Assembly (NCBI GenBank): GCA_965203515.1
Contig: OZ241907.1
Span: 1,792,001-1,856,000, forward strand
Direction: 5' to 3'
Length of the DNA: 64,000 nt
Source: Spirochaetia bacterium
GTDB taxonomy: Bacteria > Spirochaetota > Spirochaetia > SZUA-6 > Bin103
The position numbers and the translations under genes were made by a program. Below, piece by piece: positions 38,624 through 48,277 of this stretch. Every line of letters starts with the position of its first letter. The stretch's first letter is position 1. Under the pieces are notes generated by a model that did no database searches, was not told the origin of the DNA, and was given only the letters and a program-made list of their open reading frames with translations.

Positions 38624-39384
38624 GGCGTCCCGGCCGCGCGACGGAGCCGCGGCCGGCCGTACGGCGCGCGGCCGCGCCGGCCGCCGCCGCGCTCACGGCC
38701 GCGTTCACCGTCGCGCTGGCGGGCGCTGCCCGGACCGCGGCCGCCGCCGGCGTGCTGGAGGGTCCGGCGGCCGCGCAGCGCTCGGCGGTGGCGGCGGTGG
38801 AACGGCTGACCGTGCGCACGGAGTTCGTGGAGGTGCGGGTGTTCGCCGCGGCGCGGCAGGACGTGGAGGCGGAGCTGTCGGTCTCGGCGCGGATGATGCG
38901 CCGCAACCGGCCGGAGCTGGCCGTGCGGCGCGACGGCGGCGCGGTGACGCTGCGCGTGCGCGGCAACGAGCTGCCGGTCAGCCGCGCATCGGTGCAGTGG
39001 GGCCCCACGCTCACCCTGTCGGTGCCGGAGGACGTCGAATTGACGGTGCGCACCGCCACCGGCGCGGTCACGGTGCAGGGGCTGCGCTCCGGCCGGCTGG
39101 CGGTCTTTACCGCCGCCGGAGACGTATTCGTGGGCGACTGCGCCGTACCGCTGCAGGTGACCGGCGGATCGGGCTCCGTGCGGGTTGCGCGCTCGGACGG
39201 CGACAAACGCCTCACCACCACCAGCGGCGCGATCGAGGTGGTCGAATCGCGCGGGGCGGTGACCGCGCGTACCGACGGCGGCGCGCAGCGCTTTCACCGG
39301 GTCACCGGCGACCTCACCGTACTGCGCGGCACGCCGCTGGAGGTGTCGGAGCACCGCGGGCGCGTGCTCGTCGACGACCGCTAG
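38620..39384 (+). CDS. DUF4097 family beta-strand repeat protein
   Basis: GTG overlaps the upstream stop. Hydrophobic leader and repeated T-x-x-G-x-V/I units. Confidence 0.65.
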   Translation: MRRPGRATEPRPAVRRAAAPAAAALTAAFTVALAGAARTAAAAGVLEGPAAAQRSAVAAVERLTVRTEFVEVRVFAAARQDVEAELSVSARMMRRNRPELAVRRDGGAVTLRVRGNELPVSRASVQWGPTLTLSVPEDVELTVRTATGAVTVQGLRSGRLAVFTAAGDVFVGDCAVPLQVTGGSGSVRVARSDGDKRLTTTSGAIEVVESRGAVTARTDGGAQRFHRVTGDLTVLRGTPLEVSEHRGRVLVDDR

Positions 39385-39433
39385 CCCGCTCCGGTTTCTC
39401 CCGCTCCGGCCCGCGTGGTACCATCGGGCCCGC

Positions 39434-40621
39434 ATGGCTGCCACGCAGGAGGCCGCGCCGGTCGATCTGCGCGCCCGGCGGGGTCTGTTCCGGCGCCGCC
39501 AGCTGACCGAGGCGGAGCGGCGGGAGGCATACTTCACCGCCACGCAGTGGCGCCTGATCTGGCTCAAGTTCCGCAGCCACCGGTGGGCGCTCGGCGGCCT
39601 GCTGGTCCTCTCGATCTTCTACTTCGTGGCGATATTCGCCGGCTTCTTCGCCACCAACGATCCGGTCACGCGCCGCCCCGAGTACCAGTACCTGCCGCCG
39701 TCGATCCTGGGCGAGGCGCGTTCCTTCCGGCTGTTCGACCAGGCGGGCGGCTTTCGGCCGGTGATCTATCCGGTGCGCACCAAACTCAACCTGCAGACCT
39801 TCGAGCAGGACGTCTTTCCCGACCTGGAGCACGAACGGCCGCTGCGGCTGTTCGCCAGGGGCGACCCGTATACGCTGTTCTTCTTCATAGAAAGCGATAT
39901 CCATCTGTTCGGCACGGGCGATCCCGAGGTGCGCTGGTTTCCGCTCGGCACCGATCGGAGCGGCCGCTGCCTCTATTCGCGGATGGTGCACGGCGCCACG
40001 CTGTCGTTGTCGATCGGCATTCTGGCGATCGCCGTGACCTGGGTGCTGGGAGTCGTCATCGGCGGCGTTTCCGGCTACTTCGGCGGCATCGTCGACAACG
40101 CCATCCAGCGGATGATCGAGGTGCTGATGTCGTTTCCGAGCATGCCGCTCTGGATCGCGCTGTCGGCGGCGCTGCCGCTCGATTGGACCGTGATCGAGGT
40201 CTATTTCGCGATCACCATGATCCTTTCGGTGCTGGCCTGGACCGGTCTGGCGCGCGTGGTCCGCGGCAAGCTCCTGGCGGTGCGTGAGGAGGAGTTCGTG
40301 CTGGCGGCCACGCTGGACGGTTGCCGCCGGCCGCGGCTGATGGCGCGGCACATGCTGCCGTCGTTCGCCAGCCATCTGATCGTGGTCGCCAGCAATCAGA
40401 TTCCCGGCATGATCCTGGGAGAGACGGCGCTCAGCTTCATCGGCGTGGGACTGCGGGCGCCGGCGGTGAGCTGGGGCGTGCTGCTGCAGGAGACTCAGAA
40501 CGTGCAGTCGGTGGCGCTGCGCCCGTGGCTGCTGCTGCCGGCGCTGCTGGTGGTCTTGACCGTAGTGGCGTTCCAGTTTCTGGGCGACGGCCTGCGCGAC
40601 GCGATGGATCCGTACCGGTGA
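39434..40621 (+). CDS. Oligopeptide-type ABC permease, OppC/DppC-like
   Basis: LGTDRSGR, GYFGG-VD, ARVVRG…REEEFVLAA, ILGETALSFIG and FLGDGLRD motifs. Confidence 0.92.
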   Translation: MAATQEAAPVDLRARRGLFRRRQLTEAERREAYFTATQWRLIWLKFRSHRWALGGLLVLSIFYFVAIFAGFFATNDPVTRRPEYQYLPPSILGEARSFRLFDQAGGFRPVIYPVRTKLNLQTFEQDVFPDLEHERPLRLFARGDPYTLFFFIESDIHLFGTGDPEVRWFPLGTDRSGRCLYSRMVHGATLSLSIGILAIAVTWVLGVVIGGVSGYFGGIVDNAIQRMIEVLMSFPSMPLWIALSAALPLDWTVIEVYFAITMILSVLAWTGLARVVRGKLLAVREEEFVLAATLDGCRRPRLMARHMLPSFASHLIVVASNQIPGMILGETALSFIGVGLRAPAVSWGVLLQETQNVQSVALRPWLLLPALLVVLTVVAFQFLGDGLRDAMDPYR

Positions 40622-40659
40622 TCGGCTCCTCATGATCGGCGCTCCATGATCGGCTACAT
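40618..40659 (+). repeat. 14-bp x3 tandem repeat at the oppC/oppB junction, creating two 5-codon mini-ORFs
   Basis: gtgatcggctcctc / atgatcggcgctcc / atgatcggctacat. Confidence 0.85.
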
Positions 40660-41641
40660 CGTGCGCCGGGTCTTCATCATGATCCCGACGCTGATCCTGA
40701 TCTCGGTCGTCTCCTTCCTGGTAATCGATCTGCCGCCGGGCGACCTGGCCAGCTCGTACGCGGCGCGGCTGCTGGCTTCGCAGGAGATCTTCGAGGACGA
40801 GGCGAGGGACCTGATCGCCGAGCTGCGCGCTCGCTACGGGCTGGACGACCCGTTTCACGTGCGCTATCTCAAGTGGGCCGGCCGTTTCGTGCGCGGCGAC
40901 TGGGGCTTTTCCTTCTTCTGGAACAAGCCGGTGCGGCTGCTGATCCTGGACCGCATCCTGCTCACCGTGTCGATCGCGCTGCTGACCCTGGTGTTCAGCA
41001 GCCTGATCACCTGGCCGGCCGGGGTGGGGGCGGCGCTGCGCCAGTATTCGCTGTTCGACAACATCTTCAGCTTCACCGCCTTCTTCATGATGGCGGTGCC
41101 CAACTTCCTGTTCGCCCTGATCCTGATGTACCTTGCCTACGAGTGGTTCGATTACCAGCCGGGCGGCCTGTTTTCCCCGGACATGATCGACGCCCCGTGG
41201 AGCGTGGCCAAGTTCCTGGACTTCCTGGCGCACATCTGGATACCGCTGGTGGTGCTGGGGTTCGAGTCGGTCGGCGGCGGCCTGCGCGCCATCCGCGCCA
41301 ACGTGCTGGACCAGCTCCGCATGCCGTACGTGACCATGGCGCGGGCCAAGGGCGTGCCGGAGACGCGGCTGCTGGTCAAGTATCCGATCCGCATGGCCGC
41401 CAACCCGTGGATCTCCACGGTCGGCTGGATCCTGCCCGGACTGGTCGGCGGCGAGGTGCTGGTCTCCATCGTGATCGGCCTGAACACCATCGGCCCGCTC
41501 ATGCTGGAGGGGTTGGTCAATCAGGACATGCAGCTGGCCGGCGGCATCCTCATGCTGCTGGCCGCCCTCACGGTGTTCGGTACGCTGATTTCCGACCTGC
41601 TGCTGGCGGTGCTCGACCCGCGTATCCGCATCACGGAGTAA
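40646..41641 (+). CDS. Oligopeptide-type ABC permease, OppB/DppB-like
   Basis: YIVRR, LPPGD, YGLDDP, GDWGFS, YVTMARAKG and DLLLAVLDPRIR motifs. Confidence 0.92.
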   Translation: MIGYIVRRVFIMIPTLILISVVSFLVIDLPPGDLASSYAARLLASQEIFEDEARDLIAELRARYGLDDPFHVRYLKWAGRFVRGDWGFSFFWNKPVRLLILDRILLTVSIALLTLVFSSLITWPAGVGAALRQYSLFDNIFSFTAFFMMAVPNFLFALILMYLAYEWFDYQPGGLFSPDMIDAPWSVAKFLDFLAHIWIPLVVLGFESVGGGLRAIRANVLDQLRMPYVTMARAKGVPETRLLVKYPIRMAANPWISTVGWILPGLVGGEVLVSIVIGLNTIGPLMLEGLVNQDMQLAGGILMLLAALTVFGTLISDLLLAVLDPRIRITE

Positions 41642-41645
41642 GACG

Positions 41646-43676
41646 ATGAATATACCGACGAATATACCGACGGACGCTGGCGGCGGCCTGGGACCGATCC
41701 CGCGGCCGAAGGAGGCCCGGCGGCTGCCGGGCGCGGCGCGCGGATCGCTGCACCTGCAGGCCGGGCCGGATTGCATGGAGGCGGCGGCGGTCTATGCCGA
41801 ATGCGCGGCGGAGCTGGGCCTGGACGTCGCAGGAGCGGAGGGCGCAGGAGCGGACGGCGCAGGAGCGGACGGCGCAGGAGCGGAGGGCGCAGGAGCGGAG
41901 GGCCGCCGCATCCCGGTCTCCCTGGTGCTGGGCACGCCCCCGCCGCCGGCCGGCGGCCGCGGCGCGGAAGCGTACCGGCTGCAGGTGGCCGACGACAGCA
42001 TCGAGGTGCGCGCCGCATCGCATGCCGGCCTGGTGTACGGCATCCACACGCTGCTGCAACTGGCCCGCCGGCAAGGCGGGGAGGTGGAGGTTCCGGCCTG
42101 CGTGATCGACGACTGGCCCGACTTCCGCATGCGCGGACTGCAGGACGATCCGGCGCGCGGCCAGGTTGCCACGGTCGCCGGCTACGAGCGGCTGATCCGC
42201 GAGCTGTCGCGTCTCAAGTACAACGTGCTCACGTTCCATACCGAGGACCTGTTCGCCTTCGAGCGCTATCCGGCCCTGGGCCGGGCGCACGGGGCGATGG
42301 ACGCGAGTCGGTGGCGCCGCCTGGTGGAGTACGGCCGGCGCTACGGCGTGGAGTTGTTCCTCACCTTTCAGACCTTCGGCCATGCCGGGCGCGTGACCGG
42401 CATGCCGGAGTTCAACCATCTCTCCGACCTGGACGGCGGCGCCAGCCATTACTCGCCGGCGGTGCCGGCCGTGTACGATTTCCTCGGCGATCTGCTCGAC
42501 GAGCTGGCGGCAGTGTTCGACGGCGACACCATCCACGTCGGCTGCGACGAGGTAGCGCTGAGCGGTCACGGGCTGCGCTCCAGCGCCATGGTGCGCGAGC
42601 GCGGCGCCGCGGCGGTCTACGTCGACCACGTGCGCGAGGTGGCTCGCCTCGCGCGCCGTCACTGGCGACGGGTGCTGTTCTTCGCCGAGTTCGCCGACAC
42701 GCGCTACCGGCCGCACGCGCAGGGAACCGACGACGACGTCCGCGCGCTGCGCGATGCCGGACTGTCGTTCGTGAACTGGAACTATTACGACGACAAGCCG
42801 GAGGAATACTTCCCGTTCCTGCACCGCCTGCAGCGCCACGGGGTCGACCAGGTGATCTCCCCCGGCGTGTGGACGTGGCGGCAGCTCTTTCCGAGCTTCA
42901 CGCTGACGCGCGAGACGCTGCCGGTGTTCACGCGGGTCGGCTTTGGCGAGGGGATCACCGACAGCATCACCTGCGCGTGGAACGACACGCGCGACTGCTT
43001 CCGGGAGCTGCACTACCTCAACTACGCGTTCGCCGCCGAGCACCAGTGGAACGGAGCGGCGCCGGTGGAGGCGGACGAGCCGTTCATCGCCCGCTGGGCG
43101 GAGCGGTTCTTCGGCGCCCCCGCCGACGCCTTGGCCCGGGCGCACGCCTGGCTGGGCGACCTGAACGCCAAGGCGTTCGCCGCCGGGCGCCACGACCACC
43201 GGTACCCGCGGGACTTCAATTGGCGGCCGATGGCCGCGCACGCGGTGTTCTGGAACTACCCGGTCCCCGGCGCCGGCAGCGCTCAGGACGCGGCGGCGTC
43301 GGAGCGGCTCGCCGGGGAGGCGCGGGAGCTGGAGGGCGAGGTGAACGCGGCCGCCGCGGCGTTGCCGCGCAACCGGCCGGTCGTCGATCTGGTGGCGTAC
43401 GAGCTGCGCCGCGCCGCCTGGCTGTTCGACAGCGTGCGCTTCGGGGCGGCCCCCGACACCGCCGCCGCCAGCCGGCTGGCACGGGAGCTGCGGCGGCTGG
43501 GCCGCGACTTCGTGCCGCTCTGGGACGCGACCAACATCCCGCAGGGGCGGGAAGGGGTCGAGGAGCGGTTCGCCAAGTTGGCCGGACTCTACGAGCAGGA
43601 GGCGCGGGCGCTCACGCCGTGGGACGGCGGCTGGGGTCCGGCGCGCCGCATGCAGATCGGCCCCCATCCGATGTGA
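41646..43676 (+). CDS. GH20 beta-N-acetylhexosaminidase-like protein
   Basis: YRLQV…AGLVYGIHTLLQL, IDDWPDF-RG, QTFGH and catalytic HVGCDE. Confidence 0.85.
   Translation: MNIPTNIPTDAGGGLGPIPRPKEARRLPGAARGSLHLQAGPDCMEAAAVYAECAAELGLDVAGAEGAGADGAGADGAGAEGAGAEGRRIPVSLVLGTPPPPAGGRGAEAYRLQVADDSIEVRAASHAGLVYGIHTLLQLARRQGGEVEVPACVIDDWPDFRMRGLQDDPARGQVATVAGYERLIRELSRLKYNVLTFHTEDLFAFERYPALGRAHGAMDASRWRRLVEYGRRYGVELFLTFQTFGHAGRVTGMPEFNHLSDLDGGASHYSPAVPAVYDFLGDLLDELAAVFDGDTIHVGCDEVALSGHGLRSSAMVRERGAAAVYVDHVREVARLARRHWRRVLFFAEFADTRYRPHAQGTDDDVRALRDAGLSFVNWNYYDDKPEEYFPFLHRLQRHGVDQVISPGVWTWRQLFPSFTLTRETLPVFTRVGFGEGITDSITCAWNDTRDCFRELHYLNYAFAAEHQWNGAAPVEADEPFIARWAERFFGAPADALARAHAWLGDLNAKAFAAGRHDHRYPRDFNWRPMAAHAVFWNYPVPGAGSAQDAAASERLAGEARELEGEVNAAAAALPRNRPVVDLVAYELRRAAWLFDSVRFGAAPDTAAASRLARELRRLGRDFVPLWDATNIPQGREGVEERFAKLAGLYEQEARALTPWDGGWGPARRMQIGPHPM
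41648..41672. repeat. 12-bp tandem duplication at the GH20 start (NIPT-NIPT)
   Basis: gaatataccgac x2. Confidence 0.9.
41828..41902. repeat. 15-bp in-frame tandem repeat x5 (AGAEG/AGADG)
   Basis: cgcaggagcgga(g/c)gg x5 inside the GH20 N-terminal domain. Confidence 0.95.
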
Positions 43677-43834
43677 CCGAGGCGGTGCGGACCGCGTCGA
43701 GCCGGGCGGCGGAGCCGGGCGCTTGCGCCGCGCGACGGAACGGCCGAAAATATCGGTGTACGGATATACGGGTCCGAGTATAGGATTGAGTGTCCGGCCC
43801 AAAGAGGAGATGGAGCCGGAGAAGGAGGGCTGCG

Positions 43835-44074
43835 ATGGCAACGCTTGAAGAGATCATCCTCGGCGATATCGAAGACAGCGGCATAGACGCGTCGGATCTC
43901 GGTGTCGAGATACGCAAGGGCAAGGGATTCCTGAACCGCCGCAAGGTGCTGGAGGTGTTCGGCGTGGTCCACTCGGAGGAAGACCACCGGGCGGTCATGC
44001 GCATGGCGGCGCACCACGCCGGTCAGGAATACGACCTGAACGACGCCGTAAAGGTGCACGCCCGCCGGCACTGA
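43835..44074 (+). CDS. Small hypothetical protein, BON-domain-like
   Basis: Strong SD (aaggaggg) before ATG 43835. 79 aa, LEVFGVVHSEED…DAVKV. Confidence 0.6.
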   Translation: MATLEEIILGDIEDSGIDASDLGVEIRKGKGFLNRRKVLEVFGVVHSEEDHRAVMRMAAHHAGQEYDLNDAVKVHARRH

Positions 44075-44218
44075 CGGCTCGGCCGAACGGCGTTCGCGGC
44101 GTAGACCGCCGGCTGCGTAGACCGTCGGCGACGGACCGCTGACCGCCCGTGCGGTTCGCCGGTGCTGTGACAACGCGCGGCGACCGGATACGGTTACGCG
44201 CGGTACGGCGGCGACGAC

Positions 44219-47158
44219 ATGGTGACGGCGGCGGCGCGACGACTCCCGGCGGCCTGCGCGCGCGCTCTTGCGCGCGCCAGGGCGCGCGCCGTTGCGCCGT
44301 GGACGGCCGCCGGCAAGCGGCGGGTGATCGGCATCGCCCTGCTCCTGGCGATCCTGGCGCCGTTTGCGGCGTTCAACCGCCTGCCCAAGCTCGATACGGT
44401 GCGCGCCGACTTGGCGGCGGCGCTGTCGCCCACCGCCGAGTGCTTCCAGGGCTTCTGCGTGGAAGCGGAGCCGGAGTCGACGTTCTGGGCGCGCTGGTGG
44501 CGGTTCTCCACCACCTACCTGCGCCTGGTGGCGATCGGCATGGCCTTCGCCTTCGCCGCCGCCGGCTTGGCCGAAGCGTTTCTGGCGCCACGGGATGGGC
44601 AGGTCCTGGCCGCGCGGACGCCCGGCCGGCTGCGGCGTATCCTGGCCGGGCTGGGCATGGGGCCGGTGGTCAACCTCTGCTCGGCCTGCGTGGTGCCGGT
44701 GTCGAGCGCCGTGCGGCGCGGCGGACTCGGCGTGGAGGGGGCGCTGTCGCTGGTGCACGGCTCGGCGGTCCTCAACGTGCCGTCGCTGCTGATGATCGCG
44801 GTGATCTTCTCGCCGTCGATCGGCGCCAGCCGCGTGCTGCTGGGCGTAGCGGCGGCGTTCCTGTTGGGGCCGCTGGTGGCCGCCGCGGGGGGCCGGCGGG
44901 CGGCCGGCGGGCCGGTGGCAGGCGGCTCGTGCGGCCCGGCTCCGACCGCCGGCGAGGCCCCGGGCGCGACCTGGGGAGAGGTGCTGGCCGCGGGGTTGCC
45001 GGCGTGGGCGCGCGCCTCCGGACGGATGGCGGTGCAGATGGGGCCGATCATGGTGGCGGCCGGGGTGCTCTCGGGCGCCGCCGTCCAGATGCTCCGCCCG
45101 GAGACCGTGGAGGCGTTGCTGGGAAACGATCTGCTCGGCGTCCTGGTCGCCGCGACGCTGGGCGTGCTGATCAACGTGCCGCTGCTGTTCGAGATACCGC
45201 TGGTGACCGTGCTGCTGCTGCTGGGCGCCGGTACCGGACCGGCGGCGGCGCTGCTGTTTGCGGCCGCCGCCGGCGGGCCGGTCACCTTCTGGGGGCTGGC
45301 GCGCGCCATCCCGTGGCGCGGGATCGGCGTCTATGCGGCCGGCACCTGGGCGATCGCAGCCGCCGGCGGACTGCTGGTGCTGGCCGCCGGCGCCCTGCTG
45401 CCGGAGCGGCCGGCGCTGCGCCTGCACGCCGCCGCCGGTTCGGGCCACGCCGCCGGTTCGGGCGATCGGGCCGCCGCCGCGTCCATGCGTGCGGCGCCGG
45501 GCACAGCGCTGGGCGCAGCGGCGCCGGCTCGACTGCCGCCGCTGCGCTTTACCGACGTCAGCGTCGAGTCGGGCGTGTCGGGCGACGTCTACCACTCGCG
45601 CTCCGCGCACAGCCTGGGCGTGAACTGGATCGACGTCGACCGCGACGGGCGGCCCGACCTGTTTGCGGTCGGCGGCGACCCGGAGTTTCCGCCGCGGCTG
45701 TTCCGCAACCTGGGCGGCGGCCGGTTCGCGGCCGCGCACCACCTGATCCCGGAGCTGCCCCCGTACGAGATGTCCGGCTCGGTCTTCGCCGACTACGACA
45801 ACGACGGCGACGACGACATCTACGTCTACACGGACCGTCAGGAGTGGTACCTGCACGGCAGCAACGCGCCGGATGGCCCGCCGAACCTGCTGCTGAAGAA
45901 CCTGCTGGTGGAGAGCGGCGGGCGCATCCCGCCCGGCCGGCCGCTGTTCGCCGAAGCGGCGGCGGCGGCCGGGATCGACGACCGCGCCGCGGAGCCGTTC
46001 GGCGGGCTGCCGGCCTACCGCACCAAGGCGGCGGCATGGCTGGACTACGATCGCGACGGCTGCGTCGACCTGTACGTCGCCCACACGGTGATGAACCGAG
46101 CCGGCCTGGAAGCGCTCCGCGACCGGCTGTACCGCAACCGCTGCGACGGCGCCTTCGAGCCGGCGGCCGTGACCGCAAGCGCGCCGCGGTCGGGCTTCGC
46201 GGTGTTGGGCGCTCACCTGGACGGCGACCAATGGCCCGATCTGTACGTGGCCAACGTGAGCTTCGACCTGGCGTGGCCGCATCACTGGGACCAGATCTAC
46301 CGCAACCGCAACGGCGTGCTGGTCGAGCTGCCGCCGGAGGCGATCCCGGGGGTGGGGGACGACGCGCAAGCGGCGATGGGCATCGACGTCGCGGACGTCA
46401 ACCTGGACGGCCGCTGGGACCTGTACATCTCCGATCTGCTGGACACGCCGCACGAGCGTCCGCCGCGGGGCAACGCGCTCTACCTGGGAGGCGAGGAGCG
46501 GCTGTTCGGCGACAATGCCGCGGCGGCGGCCGGCGTCGCCGGCGACGACTCGTGGGGGGTCAACTTCTTCGACGCCGACCACGACGGGTGGGAGGACTTG
46601 TTCGTGGCGACCATGATGGGCGTCGCATCCGAGCTGCTCTACGCCAACGATCGCGACGGCACCTTTACCAACGTCGCCGCCGGCGCGGGGTATCTCACCG
46701 GCGACAGCCGCGGCAGCGCAGTGGCCGATTATGACGGCGACGGCGATCTGGACCTGGCGGTGGTCAACCAGCACGTGTGCGGCAATACCCGCCCGACCTG
46801 CTCGCTGCAGTTGTTGCGCAACGACACGCCGGCGGCAGGCAACTGGCTGCAGCTCCGCCTGGTCGGCACGCTCAGCAACCGAAGCGCCATCGGCGCGGTG
46901 GTGCGGGTACGGGCTGGCGATCTGACCATGATGCGGCAGGTGAAGGGCGGTTCCGGCGGCCACTCGCAGAGTACGCTGACCGTCCACTTCGGCCTGGGGC
47001 AGGCGACGGCGGCCGACGTGGTGGAGATCGACTGGCCCTCCGGGCTCCGCACTCGCTGGCGCCGGCAGGCCGCGAATCGCCTGATCGAGGTGATCGAGGG
47101 CCAAGCGTGCCGCTCCGCCGGCCTCGTCGACTGCAGCGAACGGGACCTCGGCCGCTGA
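44219..47158 (+). CDS. Fusion of ArsP_1/DUF318-type permease and CRTAC1 (FG-GAP plus ASPIC/UnbV) domain
   Basis: About 400-aa multi-TM N-terminus with GPVVNLCSACVVPV and EIPLV. An Ala-rich linker leads to FTDVS…DxDxDG repeats…GNWLQLRL…HFGLG…WPSG, all in one ORF. Confidence 0.8.
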   Translation: MVTAAARRLPAACARALARARARAVAPWTAAGKRRVIGIALLLAILAPFAAFNRLPKLDTVRADLAAALSPTAECFQGFCVEAEPESTFWARWWRFSTTYLRLVAIGMAFAFAAAGLAEAFLAPRDGQVLAARTPGRLRRILAGLGMGPVVNLCSACVVPVSSAVRRGGLGVEGALSLVHGSAVLNVPSLLMIAVIFSPSIGASRVLLGVAAAFLLGPLVAAAGGRRAAGGPVAGGSCGPAPTAGEAPGATWGEVLAAGLPAWARASGRMAVQMGPIMVAAGVLSGAAVQMLRPETVEALLGNDLLGVLVAATLGVLINVPLLFEIPLVTVLLLLGAGTGPAAALLFAAAAGGPVTFWGLARAIPWRGIGVYAAGTWAIAAAGGLLVLAAGALLPERPALRLHAAAGSGHAAGSGDRAAAASMRAAPGTALGAAAPARLPPLRFTDVSVESGVSGDVYHSRSAHSLGVNWIDVDRDGRPDLFAVGGDPEFPPRLFRNLGGGRFAAAHHLIPELPPYEMSGSVFADYDNDGDDDIYVYTDRQEWYLHGSNAPDGPPNLLLKNLLVESGGRIPPGRPLFAEAAAAAGIDDRAAEPFGGLPAYRTKAAAWLDYDRDGCVDLYVAHTVMNRAGLEALRDRLYRNRCDGAFEPAAVTASAPRSGFAVLGAHLDGDQWPDLYVANVSFDLAWPHHWDQIYRNRNGVLVELPPEAIPGVGDDAQAAMGIDVADVNLDGRWDLYISDLLDTPHERPPRGNALYLGGEERLFGDNAAAAAGVAGDDSWGVNFFDADHDGWEDLFVATMMGVASELLYANDRDGTFTNVAAGAGYLTGDSRGSAVADYDGDGDLDLAVVNQHVCGNTRPTCSLQLLRNDTPAAGNWLQLRLVGTLSNRSAIGAVVRVRAGDLTMMRQVKGGSGGHSQSTLTVHFGLGQATAADVVEIDWPSGLRTRWRRQAANRLIEVIEGQACRSAGLVDCSERDLGR

Positions 47159-47167
47159 ACCGTCGTC

Positions 47168-47749
47168 CTACGGCCGGTCTGGTCGATGATCGATCATGAG
47201 GGCGGCGACGCGCTCGCCGAGTTCGGTCAGGCAGTAGCCGGTTTCCAGGCTCTGCGTCAGGCCGAGCGCCTTGAGCTTGCGCACGTTCGCCTTGAACGGC
47301 GGCGTCTCCCAGGCCATCGCCGCCGCCAGGTCTCCGGCTCGGGTCGCCGGATGCGCCCGGATGAGCGCCAGCACCGCCGCGGTCCACGGCGCCGCGCTGC
47401 GCCGGTCGGTCGCGCGCAGGCGCGCGGCCGCCGCCTCGGCGCTCAACGCCGGCGGTTGCGCGGGGGCCGGCTCTGCGGTCAGCTCGAACTCGACGCGGGT
47501 GACGGTGGCCGACTCCGGGAGCCGCAGAAGCTCGGCCACCGCCGCGACGCTGGTGATACCCGCGCGGCGCAGGTCGTCGGCCGCGATGTCGGCCAACCGC
47601 ACGGCTCGGACGCCCGTGACCCTGACCGCGCCGCGCGGGCGCAGGCGGTAGACGCCGCCGACCGCGGCCCGCGCCCGCTTCCAGTTGCGGAACGAGACGG
47701 TGACCCGCCCCTCCAGAATCTCCTGGCTCCCCTGCTTAGTAAACTGCAT
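47168..47749 (-). CDS. ASCH-domain-like protein with C-terminal winged helix
   Basis: ILEGRVTVSFRNWKR (GxxTxxxR), DLRRAG and FKANVRKLKALGLTQSLETGY motifs. Confidence 0.7.
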   Translation of the reverse strand: MQFTKQGSQEILEGRVTVSFRNWKRARAAVGGVYRLRPRGAVRVTGVRAVRLADIAADDLRRAGITSVAAVAELLRLPESATVTRVEFELTAEPAPAQPPALSAEAAAARLRATDRRSAAPWTAAVLALIRAHPATRAGDLAAAMAWETPPFKANVRKLKALGLTQSLETGYCLTELGERVAALMIDHRPDRP

Positions 47750-47773
47750 CAGTAGCAATAGCAACGACGGCGA

Positions 47774-48277
47774 TCAAATATCGCCACGCAACACTTCATC
47801 CTCAATCCATTCGGGTAGTTGCTCGATAGCCTTCATGTCGTCCGGGTGTTTCGTCAGCTTGAACGTAACGCTCTGTCCTTCGGCCATTCGCACCAGTCGG
47901 CCGGCACGGCCCTCGGCGACCATGCCCTTGCGCCAGCCGTTGAACATGATGTGCGCTGGCGAAACCCCAAGGCACAGCAGGTAGTCGTATTGCCGGTCGA
48001 GCCGTATGTGGTTGAACTGATATGATCCGCCAACGTCCTCGGACGCGGTCTTCACCTCGAACTCCTTGTTCTCTATCGTCATATCCGTAGGCGTAGTGCG
48101 AGACCCGCCGTGCACTTGAATGCCGTGGAGCGCCAAATATCGGCGGATGAAATCTTCGCCGATCTCACCTCGATTGGTGTTCGCTACCAGCCGAAACCCC
48201 TCCAGCGGGGCATCCGTCCACTTCGACTGGGGCGAATGGTCACGGATGACTTCGACAAGCAGATCGACGGCGCTCAT
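47774..48277 (-). CDS. Putative type II restriction endonuclease (PD-(D/E)XK)
   Basis: GEIGE…TD…EFEVKTA…QFNHIR…YDYL motifs. ATGA-coupled to the MTase, and lower GC. Confidence 0.65.
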   Translation of the reverse strand: MSAVDLLVEVIRDHSPQSKWTDAPLEGFRLVANTNRGEIGEDFIRRYLALHGIQVHGGSRTTPTDMTIENKEFEVKTASEDVGGSYQFNHIRLDRQYDYLLCLGVSPAHIMFNGWRKGMVAEGRAGRLVRMAEGQSVTFKLTKHPDDMKAIEQLPEWIEDEVLRGDI

